The position numbers and the translations under genes were made by a program. The notes under the pieces are model-generated. The model saw only the letters and a program-made list of their open reading frames with translations, made no database searches and had not been told where the DNA came from. Below are positions 7,724-15,890 of a DNA stretch of 17,343 nucleotides, in pieces. Origin of the DNA: Pseudomonadota bacterium. GTDB taxonomy: Bacteria > Bdellovibrionota > FAC87 > UBA2466. The DNA is taken from NCBI GenBank assembly GCA_043767805.1, contig JAYUGC010000021.1:1-17343 (forward strand). Direction: 5' to 3'. The stretch's first letter is position 1, and every line of letters starts with the position of its first letter.

Positions 7724-8826
7724 CGGCTATCCAAAGGGAGTCGCACCGAGAAAGTGGTACCCTTCTCGGGGGAGCTCTCGACCCCTGCTGTCCCTTTGTG
7801 CGCTTCCGCGATACCGCGAACCAAAGTCAGGCCGAGGCCCCAACCCTTACTCCCGCTTTGCTTGGCGGAAAAGCTGCGGTGAAACGGCTCGAAGAGCCGA
7901 ACCTGCTCTTCCCCCGAAAGACTCGGGCCCTCGTTGTGCACTGATAGAACCACCGAGGTGTCCGGTTGGGTCAGGGTGACCGTAATGGGCCGGTGGTCGG
8001 CGCCGTACTTGATGGCATTCGTCGCCAAGTTCTCTACGACTCTTCTAAGCCCAATCGGGCACCAAAATCCTTGAACTTCTGCGGGCGAATGAAGCACGAA
8101 GCGTTCTTCATAGAGCGAGCTCAGCTCATCCAGAGTTTCCCGTACCAGTCGGGTGAGATCGAGCGGCTGGATGGTGAGCGGGATGGACTCACCCGCCCGG
8201 ATGCGGTTCGCATCGAGTAAGTTGGTGATCATCTGATCGGCTCTATCCACGCTTTGTACGATGCGGCTCACGAGCGTAAGGCGGCGAGCCGGATCGTCTC
8301 CGTTACGCGCCAGCATTTGTGCTGTGGTCTTCGCGGCGGAAAGAGGATTTCTCAAATCATGAGTCAGAGTGGCAACGAACTGCTCTCTGAGGCTTCTCTC
8401 AAGTTCAAGTGTGTGTACCGTGTCGCGCATCTTCTGTTCGGCGACCTTCGCGCGGAGCAGTGCTTTGACCGTAGCCACCAGGACCAAAGGATCGATAGGG
8501 TGAGTCAGATACCCCTCGGCTCCTCCCTCTAGTCCTTCCGCCTGATCTTCTCCGCTGATGTGAGTCGCGGAGACGTGTAAAATGGGAATGGAGGCGGTGC
8601 TGGGGTCGGATTTCAGGCGCTCGCAAATCTCGAGGCCGCTGATGTCCGGGAGTTGTATGTCCAAGACGACCAAATCGGGCTTTTCTCCGACAAGCTTGAA
8701 GCAGTCCTTTCCATTTACGGCTTCCATCACTTCGAAGCCCGCGCTTCTAAGTGCTTTGGTGACCATGTACCGGGTGGCGTCAGTGTCGTCGACATTGAGA
8801 ATTCTGGGAGTATTACGGTCAAGCAT
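7720..8826 (-). CDS. Hybrid sensor kinase REC-HisKA-HATPase_c, 368 aa
   Basis: N-terminal receiver (LNVDD, VVLDIQLPD), H-box LTHDLRNPL, N-box VENLATNAIKY, G1 HNEGP, F-box LFEPF, G2 GWGLGL. The start overlaps the upstream stop (ATGCTTGA). Confidence 0.92.
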   Translation of the reverse strand: MLDRNTPRILNVDDTDATRYMVTKALRSAGFEVMEAVNGKDCFKLVGEKPDLVVLDIQLPDISGLEICERLKSDPSTASIPILHVSATHISGEDQAEGLEGGAEGYLTHPIDPLVLVATVKALLRAKVAEQKMRDTVHTLELERSLREQFVATLTHDLRNPLSAAKTTAQMLARNGDDPARRLTLVSRIVQSVDRADQMITNLLDANRIRAGESIPLTIQPLDLTRLVRETLDELSSLYEERFVLHSPAEVQGFWCPIGLRRVVENLATNAIKYGADHRPITVTLTQPDTSVVLSVHNEGPSLSGEEQVRLFEPFHRSFSAKQSGSKGWGLGLTLVRGIAEAHKGTAGVESSPEKGTTFSVRLPLDSR

Positions 8827-11005
8827 GCGAAGTAGCTCCGTTTTCCGAAGGTCCGTTTAAGCCCGCTCTAGCCAAGACCCCTTCCACCGTGGCAATGGCT
8901 TGCTCGCGGTTTCCCTTGGTATCCTTGGAGAGAATGGCGAACGCTCTTTTTTCCAGCAACTCCCGTTCCTGCGTATCCAGAACTTTGGAGGTATTAATGA
9001 CGACGGGAATGCCGTGAGTTTCGGGCAGCTCGTTTAGCTCTTTAAGCGCATCGAAGCCGTTTGAGTCCGGCATGTTCAGATCGAGGAAGATGAGGCTCGG
9101 CTTGGAGTCCTTCGCGATGCGAATGCCGTCTTTCGCGTTCCCAGCTTCCAAAATCGGAAAACGAGACTTCTGGAGTAGGCCGCGCAGTAAGTAGCGAGCG
9201 ATGTCGTCATCGTCGATAATGAGCAGCTTGCTTTGCGGATGCTGAAGAATCAGCTCGTGCAGCTTGGTTCTCAGCCAATCGGCGGAAACGGGTTTCGTCG
9301 AAAACGCCTCGGCTCCCAGCTGGCGGGCCTTGCGCTCATTATCGACCATGGTGACGACGAGAAGGGGAATGTGGCGAGTCCGCTCACTCTTCTTCAGATC
9401 GGCCATGAAGCCCCAGGTGTTCTCCGCCTCGAGTAGCACGTCGGAAATGATGGCGGCGGGGCGCGCGTCTCTGAGCGCAATGCGAGCTTCCTTGAGATTT
9501 CTCGCCGGTATGACCTGGTAGCCAGAACCGCTCAAAATCTTTTCGTAGACGAACAGGGACTCGCGGTTGTCTTCGATGACGAGAATCGGAGTGCGCGTGG
9601 AGTCGAGCTTTCGGGTGAGCTCGGGCATGTAGGAGACTTCTTCGGGCCCTCGGTACACGCGGGGAAGAATCGCATGGAAGGTCGAGCCTGCGCCCGGAAT
9701 GCTGGTGAGCTCGATGCTTCCTCCCAGGAGCCCCGCCAAACGGCGCGCGAGCGGCAATCCGAGGCCCGTGCCCTTAGTATGATTCTGAAGAGGAGACTCA
9801 ATTTGTGTGAACTCTTCGAAAATGCGCTCCTGATCCTCGGGAGCGATGCCGATCCCGGTGTCCTTTACGGAAAAGACCACGGTGCTGTCTTGAGCCAGGC
9901 GTACACTGACTCGCACTTCTCCTTGCTGGGTATACTTCAAGGCGTTCGAAATGAAGTTGCGAAGGATCTGAGACACTTTGCCCTCATCCGTCTCCATAGT
10001 CGGAATGCCCTCGGGCTCGTCGAAGATCAGATTCACGGAAGTGTTCGCGGCGAGCAGAGGCTTCAACATGCCGCGCAGGGCGCCGAAGAGGTCTTCCACT
10101 TTAAACTCAGTGGGGCGAATCGCTATTTTCCCCGCTGCCACCTTTGATAGGTCGAGCAGGTCGTTTACCAGCTCGGAAAGATCCTCTGCCGAGCGCTGAA
10201 TGAAATGGACCTGTTTTTTTTGTTCGGCGGTCAGCGGACCATCGACTTGATCGAGCAGTAGCTTGGAAAGGCTCAGGGTCGAGTTCAGGGGCGTGCGGAA
10301 CTCGTGAGTCATATTGGAAAGAAAGCGAGTCTTAATCTCGTTGGCGCGCTGCAGGTAATCGGCTTTTTCATCCAGCTCGGCGTACAGCGCCACGACCCCG
10401 CGATTTGTGTCCTCTAACTCCCGGTTGGCTTCTTCGAGCTGCAGGTTCAGAGCGCTGAGCGCTTCTCTTTGGTTCTGCAGCTCGTCCATGGCCAGAAGCA
10501 GTTCCCGGTTTTGCTTCTGGAGCTCCTCGAACGGATCCGGCGGAAAGCGTTTGGCGAGCTCCTCGCCGATTTTTCCAAGCAGCGCCGAAGTCAGGGCGCT
10601 CGCACGTCTCGGAATGTTTTTCCCAAGCTCGATGGACGTTCCGGCATTCGACGTTTGAATATCGAAGTGATCCATGAGCCGCTTGGATCCGATGAGACCC
10701 ATTCCCATGCCCGTGGACGACTGATAGCGTCCGTCTAAAATGGATTGGAGGTTCTGTACGCCAGGTCCTTTGTCGCGTAAGGCAATGAGAAAGCGCGGGG
10801 TTGGCTCCTCGACTACGTAAAACTCGGCTTTGCCTCCTCCCGCGTATTTGTAAGCGTTGCGGGCGATTTCCGAGATGGCGGTGGCGATGCGAGTCTGGTC
10901 TTGGGAATCGAACCCGAGAAGGCCGGCGATTTGCCGCCCTCTTTGTTGGGCTGAGACGACGTCCTGCTCGGAACGAATCTCTAGGGTGATCAAGGGGCGC
11001 TTCAA
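8819..11005 (-). CDS. Hybrid histidine kinase: RsbT-like ATPase domain, coiled coil, HisKA, HATPase_c, two REC domains, 728 aa
   Basis: N-terminal TAISEIARNAYKYAGGG...DKGPG...GMGMGLIGSKRLMD is RsbT-like. Then coiled coil ELEDTNRGVVALYAELD, H-box MTHEFRTPL, NFISNALKY, DTGIGI, GTGLGL, and two receivers (IEDN..SDVLL..KP; IDDDD..LDLNMPD). TTG start with GGAGG RBS overlaps the upstream TGA (TTGA). Confidence 0.92.
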   Translation of the reverse strand: MKRPLITLEIRSEQDVVSAQQRGRQIAGLLGFDSQDQTRIATAISEIARNAYKYAGGGKAEFYVVEEPTPRFLIALRDKGPGVQNLQSILDGRYQSSTGMGMGLIGSKRLMDHFDIQTSNAGTSIELGKNIPRRASALTSALLGKIGEELAKRFPPDPFEELQKQNRELLLAMDELQNQREALSALNLQLEEANRELEDTNRGVVALYAELDEKADYLQRANEIKTRFLSNMTHEFRTPLNSTLSLSKLLLDQVDGPLTAEQKKQVHFIQRSAEDLSELVNDLLDLSKVAAGKIAIRPTEFKVEDLFGALRGMLKPLLAANTSVNLIFDEPEGIPTMETDEGKVSQILRNFISNALKYTQQGEVRVSVRLAQDSTVVFSVKDTGIGIAPEDQERIFEEFTQIESPLQNHTKGTGLGLPLARRLAGLLGGSIELTSIPGAGSTFHAILPRVYRGPEEVSYMPELTRKLDSTRTPILVIEDNRESLFVYEKILSGSGYQVIPARNLKEARIALRDARPAAIISDVLLEAENTWGFMADLKKSERTRHIPLLVVTMVDNERKARQLGAEAFSTKPVSADWLRTKLHELILQHPQSKLLIIDDDDIARYLLRGLLQKSRFPILEAGNAKDGIRIAKDSKPSLIFLDLNMPDSNGFDALKELNELPETHGIPVVINTSKVLDTQERELLEKRAFAILSKDTKGNREQAIATVEGVLARAGLNGPSENGATSHA

Positions 11006-12006
11006 ATGGCTCCCTCCTTTAAGACGATGACAGTTGAATCGTCGGCGGTGCGCTTGTAATCGCGGTAGATTACGCCGGCAACCAAGCTGGGATGCCGAGC
11101 GGTTAGACCGTGGTAACGGTTTAGCTGCCAGCGTGAGGAAATGCCGTCCGAGTGCATGATGAGTAGCGAGCCGCGAGGGAAGTCGTAGGAAAATTCCTGA
11201 ACCTTGCGTATCGCCGACCCTACGGTCCCGTTATGCGAAACGAGACTGCGGGTCTTCAGGTCGGAATCGATGATGGTGGCGCTGATGTTGCCCACGCCCG
11301 CGAATTGAATCTGGCGGGACTCGGTATCGAGCTTTGCCACGGCCATCGCCGCCCCTCTCGTTTTTCGAAGTGCGTCGTGGGCATTGAGTAAAATCTGACC
11401 TGGCCCCTCGGTAGGGCTTTGCTCAAAAATGCGGACTGCTTCCTGAGACGCCTCCGCCGCGCCTCTTCCATGCCCCAGCCCGTCGGCCACGAGCATTTCG
11501 AAACCGGGGGCATCTTTTTTCGCGGCCCAAGAATCACCGCAAACATTCTCTCCTTTCACGGCAAGAGAGACGGCTCCAATTTCGTTGAGCCCCTTCGGGC
11601 GGGAAGGGGAGGCCCAGACGCGGCAAAACACCGCGGTACCTAAGGACGGCGCGGAGTGAATGTCAAAAACATCGGCAAGTCTTTGCGTCGCCCCGAGTCC
11701 CGTGCCCGGGCTTCCGGCCGTCGAGTACCCGTCCGTGAGGCAGTCCGCAACGTTTTCCATACCCGGGCCTTTATCGAGGGCCAGGACTTCGATTCCCCAG
11801 GAGTTTGTTTCACCAATTGCTCTAAACACTAGTTCGCATGCTGTGCCGTACTTCAAAAGATTGGTGCCGAGCTCGGTCGTTATGATAGCGAGCTTGCCCG
11901 CTTCCGTTTCGCCGAAGCCGTGGTTCTCCGCGAGATTTTGCGCGAAACGTCTCGCTTCGCCAACGTGACTCGAATCGGAGATGGGAAAAGTGGTCGACTC
12001 TTTCAT
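11002..12006 (-). CDS. RsbT-like ATPase domain fused to SpoIIE/PP2C phosphatase (RsbX-like), 334 aa
   Basis: N-terminal TELGTNLLKY...DKGPGM...DGYST.G..GTGLG. C-terminal PP2C motifs CGDSW, VADGLGHG, HSDGI and DDSTV. Confidence 0.9.
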   Translation of the reverse strand: MKESTTFPISDSSHVGEARRFAQNLAENHGFGETEAGKLAIITTELGTNLLKYGTACELVFRAIGETNSWGIEVLALDKGPGMENVADCLTDGYSTAGSPGTGLGATQRLADVFDIHSAPSLGTAVFCRVWASPSRPKGLNEIGAVSLAVKGENVCGDSWAAKKDAPGFEMLVADGLGHGRGAAEASQEAVRIFEQSPTEGPGQILLNAHDALRKTRGAAMAVAKLDTESRQIQFAGVGNISATIIDSDLKTRSLVSHNGTVGSAIRKVQEFSYDFPRGSLLIMHSDGISSRWQLNRYHGLTARHPSLVAGVIYRDYKRTADDSTVIVLKEGAI

Positions 12007-12009
12007 GGG

Positions 12010-12414
12010 TTAATGCCAACGCGCGATGGTGATGCGCGTGCCCTTTCCCAATTCAGATTGAATATCGAACTCGTTGCAAAGCCGCTTGGATCCGCTGAGC
12101 CCGAGGCCCAAGCCGCCGCCGGTGGTGTAGCCGTCTCTGAGCGCGAGCTCGAGGTCGGCGATACCTGGTCCTTTATCCTCGAAGGTGAGGCGAAGGCATT
12201 TGCGGGCGCCTTCCTCGAGAGCTTCCAGGGTCAGCGTACCGCCGCCGCCGTAGATGACCGTGTTTCGAGCCAACTCGCTCGCCGCGGTGACTAGCTTTGT
12301 CTGATCGACGAGGCTGAAGCGTTGCTCGATTGCCCACTTACGCACGGACTGACGTACGGAAACGACGTCCGATTCGGCATTGATCGGGAGTTTGTCAGAT
12401 TTCAGCAGTGGCAT
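12010..12414 (-). CDS. rsbT: Stressosome Ser/Thr kinase RsbT, 134 aa
   Basis: Start reassigned to ATG 12414 (MPLLKSDKLPI), overlapping the rsbS 3' end. Motifs DVVSVRQ, TAASELARNTVIYGGGG, DKGPGI, DGYTTGGGLGLGLSGSKRLCNEF, GKGTRI. Confidence 0.93.
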   Translation of the reverse strand: MPLLKSDKLPINAESDVVSVRQSVRKWAIEQRFSLVDQTKLVTAASELARNTVIYGGGGTLTLEALEEGARKCLRLTFEDKGPGIADLELALRDGYTTGGGLGLGLSGSKRLCNEFDIQSELGKGTRITIARWH

Positions 12415-12799
12415 CTTCCACCACTTCCTCTTCTTCCAAGTGCAGGGTGAAACCGCCGCCCAGAAGTTCCATCCCTCTTTCGACGTTGAGGGCGGTGCGA
12501 ATGCCCGGGAGCGAGAGGCCGAGCTCGACGAGCGTGATGGCGACCGCCGGTTGCATACCCACGACCACGGTTTTCGCGTCCAGCACCCGCGCCATGCTCG
12601 AAATATTAGAGAGCATGCGGCCGATGAAGGAGTCCACCATCTCCAAAGCGGAGATGTCGATGAGCACGCCCTTGGCGCCCGTTGAAGCAATCCTCGAAGT
12701 CAGATCGTCCTGTAGCGTCACCGCCAGCTGATCGTGCATGTCGACCTGAATGGTGACCAGCAGAAAGGGCCCCATCCGTAATATTGGGATTCGTTCCAC
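12395..12799 (-). CDS. rsbS: Stressosome STAS protein RsbS, 134 aa
   Basis: GTG start after GGGGAG. Sequence ERIPIL...GVLIDISALEMVDSFIGR...VVVGMQPAVAITLVELGL carries the conserved phospho-acceptor Ser in VDSF. Confidence 0.95.
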   Translation of the reverse strand: MERIPILRMGPFLLVTIQVDMHDQLAVTLQDDLTSRIASTGAKGVLIDISALEMVDSFIGRMLSNISSMARVLDAKTVVVGMQPAVAITLVELGLSLPGIRTALNVERGMELLGGGFTLHLEEEEVVEDATAEI

Positions 12800-12811
12800 G
12801 AGCGTCTCCCC

Positions 12812-13762
12812 TTACTGGTTCATGGAGGGCGACGAGTAAATCGCCGCGCCATTACCGCTCGTTTGAACGGGTTTGGAATTTTGCTCGCCTTTGGACGTCT
12901 GGCCTTTGAGCTTCTTGCCAGTGCGTTGAAGCGCGACCGCGAAGGCATCGGCCAAGTTCGCTTTCGTCGTGATGTTACTCAAGTCGATGGCGAGGTGGAC
13001 GATGGTCTGGGCGATTTGCGGGCGAATGCCGCTGATAATGCAATCTGCGCCCATCAAGCGCGCGGCCGCGACCGTTTTCAAAAGGTGCTGGGCGACGAGG
13101 GTGTCGACCGTGGGAACGCCGGTGATGTCGATGATGGCGACTTCCGATCCGGTCTCGACGATTTTCTGAAGCAGCGTTTCCATCACGACTTGCGTGCGCG
13201 CGCTGTCTAAGGTGCCGATCATGGGAAGGGCGAGAATGCCGTCCCAAAGTTTCACGACGGGGGTCGAGAGCTCGAGCATTTCTTCCTGCTGACGGGCGAT
13301 CATGTCTTCGCGGGTCTTCAAGAACGATTCGATGGTGAAGAGGCCTAGCTTGTCGAGCAGGACAGTCGCGTGCCAGAGCAAGTCCACGACGGTCTCGGTG
13401 TCGGACCGATGCGCCTTTTGAATCCGGGAGAACAAAGGCTGCTTGAACGAGAAGACGAAAGTCGCGGTTTCACTCGGGGAAAAACCTTGGGCCGCGCGGC
13501 TTCTTGAAATTCCGGTAAGCAGGTCCCGCATCTGGGTCCAGCCCGGGCCGGTAATGGTGTTGGACTGCGTGGACTCCAAGTTCGCGATCAGGAACTGGAG
13601 AAACTTTTGCGACTGCTCTTGCAGCTCGTTGTCGTTCATCAAATCTTTGCGCTGGGTGACCGCGGCCTTTTGCTCTCGCAACCACTCGGCGAGAAGATCG
13701 GCTTGATTGTCTTTGAGAACGGCAACGAGTTGTGCCGTATTCTGCGTTGTCATGGCCTTCAC
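12812..13762 (-). CDS. rsbR: Stressosome scaffold/sensor RsbR (RsbRD_N-type N-domain plus STAS), 316 aa
   Basis: N-domain SRSRAAQGFSPSETATFVFSFKQPLF, linker IARQQEEMLELSTPVVKLW, STAS IGTLDSAR...IIDITGVPTVDTLVAQHL...SGIRPQIAQT. Start is GTG 13762 (alternative ATG 13753). Confidence 0.95.
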   Translation of the reverse strand: MKAMTTQNTAQLVAVLKDNQADLLAEWLREQKAAVTQRKDLMNDNELQEQSQKFLQFLIANLESTQSNTITGPGWTQMRDLLTGISRSRAAQGFSPSETATFVFSFKQPLFSRIQKAHRSDTETVVDLLWHATVLLDKLGLFTIESFLKTREDMIARQQEEMLELSTPVVKLWDGILALPMIGTLDSARTQVVMETLLQKIVETGSEVAIIDITGVPTVDTLVAQHLLKTVAAARLMGADCIISGIRPQIAQTIVHLAIDLSNITTKANLADAFAVALQRTGKKLKGQTSKGEQNSKPVQTSGNGAAIYSSPSMNQ

Positions 13763-13948
13763 TTGTACCCCACTAACCTGTGATGGAATTAGTTACCAAC
13801 GATAAGGGGTGGGTATAAGCCGGGCCCCCCCCATTAGTCCACGCAATTACCCCAGGCATGGGCCCGCCATAAGCTCGTAAAGCTGAGATCGCCGTCTTCG
13901 GGACCCGCCGAAAGGATCGGGGGACAAAGATCTTGTGAGGCACTTGTC

Positions 13949-13977
13949 TTGACACGCTGCAGGGCGTTGGCTAGCTC
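13949..13977 (+). promoter_or_regulatory. Possible sigma70-type promoter for the 14010 gene
   Basis: Perfect TTGACA at 13949-13954, 17-nt spacer, then a weak -10 (TAGCTC, 13972-13977), about 30 nt upstream of ATG 14010. Confidence 0.25.
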
Positions 13978-14009
13978 TCTCGGTGGAAACAATAACCAGG
14001 GGGAACTAG

Positions 14010-14387
14010 ATGAAACAAACACTGCTCGCTCTCATGCTCCTTTCCGCGTCCTCTTTCGCGGCCACGGAAGCGGAAACGCTCAACGCTTACGGTAAAGTCG
14101 CCGCGAATTATCCGGCGCTTACCTTGAACTATTTCAAGCAGGGTAATGACAAGGTCGCCTGCCAAAAGGCTTTCGTTATGAATCTCACGCGCGAAGCCTA
14201 TCAGAGCCGCACGACCGGTCCGAAGCTCGCGAAGCTCAATCCTTGGACGTACCGCAATTTCACGTCGTCCTTTAAGCAGCTCGACGTGATACTGAACTTC
14301 TGCCGTACGAACGCTAACCGCGCGGCCGCTTTGAACGCCGCCGAAAGCATGGCCGGCAATTCGTTTCTAGAAAGTGTTGGCGGCTGA
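14010..14387 (+). CDS. Secreted hypothetical protein, 125 aa
   Basis: AGGGGGA RBS. Sec signal MKQTLLALMLLSASSFA. Two Cys in the mature part. The stop overlaps the next start (TGATG). Confidence 0.8.
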   Translation: MKQTLLALMLLSASSFAATEAETLNAYGKVAANYPALTLNYFKQGNDKVACQKAFVMNLTREAYQSRTTGPKLAKLNPWTYRNFTSSFKQLDVILNFCRTNANRAAALNAAESMAGNSFLESVGG

Positions 14388-14956
14388 TGCACGTTCGTTT
14401 GCTTTTCGCGAGTCTCGTTTTGTCGGGCGCGGTCGATGCCGCTTCGATTCAACAGACCTCGACTTGCCCTCACGATGCTCAGGAATCCTGCCGCTGGGAA
14501 ATCTCAGCGCGCTCTTTCCGGGGACCGACGGGCAGGGTCGTTCAGATGGATTGGGAAAAGCTCGTCGTCACCCGCCATTGGGAGAAGCCGCTCTCGCACA
14601 ACTTGCGGTGCAATGTGGATCGGGATTTTGATCCGCAAGGAGGCGGCTTTCTGAAGGTGTGGTTCGTGGGGCAGGCGAAAGCTTGCGATGCGATGGCGGG
14701 AAATCCCGCCGATTGCGGCGTGACCTTCCAGCTAGAAGATCCGGCGCAGCTGTTCTCGGCCCACGGGTTCACCGTCATGGCCCCGGCCGGAAAGCGCCTC
14801 GCTCGGGTGGAGCTCTTCAACACGCTAAATCTCCAATGCGGCAATTTCGGCCGCCCCGATATTCTGCGGCTGAAGTGGAAACCGGTCATCGGTTGGTCAG
14901 CCCGCTTGCCCGGCGACGGCACGTACCGATCCGGACTTCCCGCGAAAGCGAACTAG
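14387..14956 (+). CDS. Secreted Cys-containing hypothetical protein, 189 aa
   Basis: Translationally coupled to the upstream gene. Signal-like MHVRLLFASLVLSGAVDA. Six Cys and a beta-rich pattern. Followed by an intrinsic terminator. Confidence 0.7.
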   Translation: MHVRLLFASLVLSGAVDAASIQQTSTCPHDAQESCRWEISARSFRGPTGRVVQMDWEKLVVTRHWEKPLSHNLRCNVDRDFDPQGGGFLKVWFVGQAKACDAMAGNPADCGVTFQLEDPAQLFSAHGFTVMAPAGKRLARVELFNTLNLQCGNFGRPDILRLKWKPVIGWSARLPGDGTYRSGLPAKAN

Positions 14957-14970
14957 GTTAAGAAAATGGG

Positions 14971-15006
14971 AGAGCCCCGGGCGCGCAAGCACCCGGGGCT
15001 CTTTTT
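14971..15006 (+). terminator. Rho-independent terminator, possibly bidirectional
   Basis: An 11-bp stem AGAGCCCCGGG (14971-14981) / CCCGGGGCTCT (14992-15002) encloses GC-GCAA-GC and is followed by a T run. It lies between convergent stops at 14956 and 15026. Confidence 0.85.
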
Positions 15007-15025
15007 CATAGGCACGTTCTATCGA

Positions 15026-15679
15026 TTAGAAGTCGATGCCGACGTAGATCTGGTGCGTATTCGGGAGAGAGACGCGGTTCTCATCCTTTCTCCACTTGAT
15101 GCGGCCCGCGCTGAGGTACGGGTACTCGGTGACGATGCGCTTCCAGTACGCGTAGGTCACGAAGCCGACCCGCACTTTGACGCCATGGAACTGGTAGAGC
15201 TGCGGGCGGTTTCCGCGGTAAGCGGAGTCCAATAGCCGCGCGAGCATTTCCTTGGTAAAGTTACGGGCCACGCGCTGCGCTTCCGTGTTTCCGTTTCTCA
15301 TCAACTCTGCCTTGGTCTCGGCCACGACGGCTTGGAGATAGGTGAGTACCGGACCGGGATTCTCGGTCGCGACGGAAGCCGCGATGGCGCTTCCGAACCG
15401 GAGGTACTCCGCGTGATTGATGTGCTTACCGTAGATGACCGCTCGGAAGTCGCGACGTAGATTTTGCCTTTGCTCTTCGACGTTGTTGGAAACCTCGGTC
15501 CAGCTCCGCGGATCCGGGAGATGTATTTGGGGAGGTCTCGGTAGCGTCGGAAGACTCGGCAAGCTCGGAAGACTCGGGCGGCCGGGGAGCGAGGGCCTCC
15601 AAGCCGCCGAGGCCGTCTGTGTTCCGAGTCCAGTTGCGAGGACCGCGAGTGACAGAACCAACTTCAGTTTTTGCTGCAT
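15026..15679 (-). CDS. Secreted hypothetical protein with Pro-rich (PSL)n linker, 217 aa
   Basis: Start reassigned to ATG 15679, with GAGG RBS upstream. Signal MQQKLKLVLSLAVLATGLGTQTASA, then PSLPGRPSLPSLPSLPTLPRPP, a helical middle region and a beta-rich C-terminus ending LPNTHQIYVGIDF. Confidence 0.8.
   Translation of the reverse strand: MQQKLKLVLSLAVLATGLGTQTASAAWRPSLPGRPSLPSLPSLPTLPRPPQIHLPDPRSWTEVSNNVEEQRQNLRRDFRAVIYGKHINHAEYLRFGSAIAASVATENPGPVLTYLQAVVAETKAELMRNGNTEAQRVARNFTKEMLARLLDSAYRGNRPQLYQFHGVKVRVGFVTYAYWKRIVTEYPYLSAGRIKWRKDENRVSLPNTHQIYVGIDF
15539..15595 (-). repeat. Degenerate 9-bp coding tandem repeat (PSL/PGR/PTL units)
   Basis: Plus-strand units CGGTAGCGT, CGGAAGACT, CGGCAAGCT, CGGAAGACT, CGGGCGGCC, GGGGAGCGA. 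Confidence 0.75.
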
Positions 15680-15890
15680 GTGCTTTTCCTCTTCAAATGC
15701 CGGCCCGAACCGTTTTGAAAGAGGCAACCCCACCGGGCCGGCCAAGAATAAGAAGGGCCGCCCTTGATTTAAGTAAATAACGGGCTCGCCGGTTTTCGAC
15801 CATGGGTCCTTTTAGAAGAAAATCGTTCGGGAATTCAGAAGGGTGGCTTGTTTTGCGGGTATCCGACGGAGGGTGGTAAGATTTCACCAC

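Noticed and set aside
12415..12690. Extended 226-aa version of RsbT
   Set aside because: The extension overlaps rsbS in another frame. RsbT similarity starts at MPLLKS (ATG 12414).
13872..13940. Riboswitch-like text GCTGAGAT...GACCCGCCGAAAGGATCGGGGGACAAAG (TPP-like or c-di-GMP-I-like)
   Set aside because: It lacks the TPP GAACCTGAT core, the G-rich 5' P2 strand and the AAT loop, and it lacks the c-di-GMP-I GGCAAA and GACGCAAAGC context. The downstream gene is not thiamine-related. An Rfam scan would settle it.
13938..13953. Sigma54-like site AGGCACTTGTCTTGAC
   Set aside because: The -12 element reads TTGA instead of TTGC, so the near-invariant GC is missing.
15026..15050. C-terminal YVGIDF as an outer-membrane beta-barrel signal
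   Set aside because: The protein is short and largely helical, with too few amphipathic strands for a barrel.
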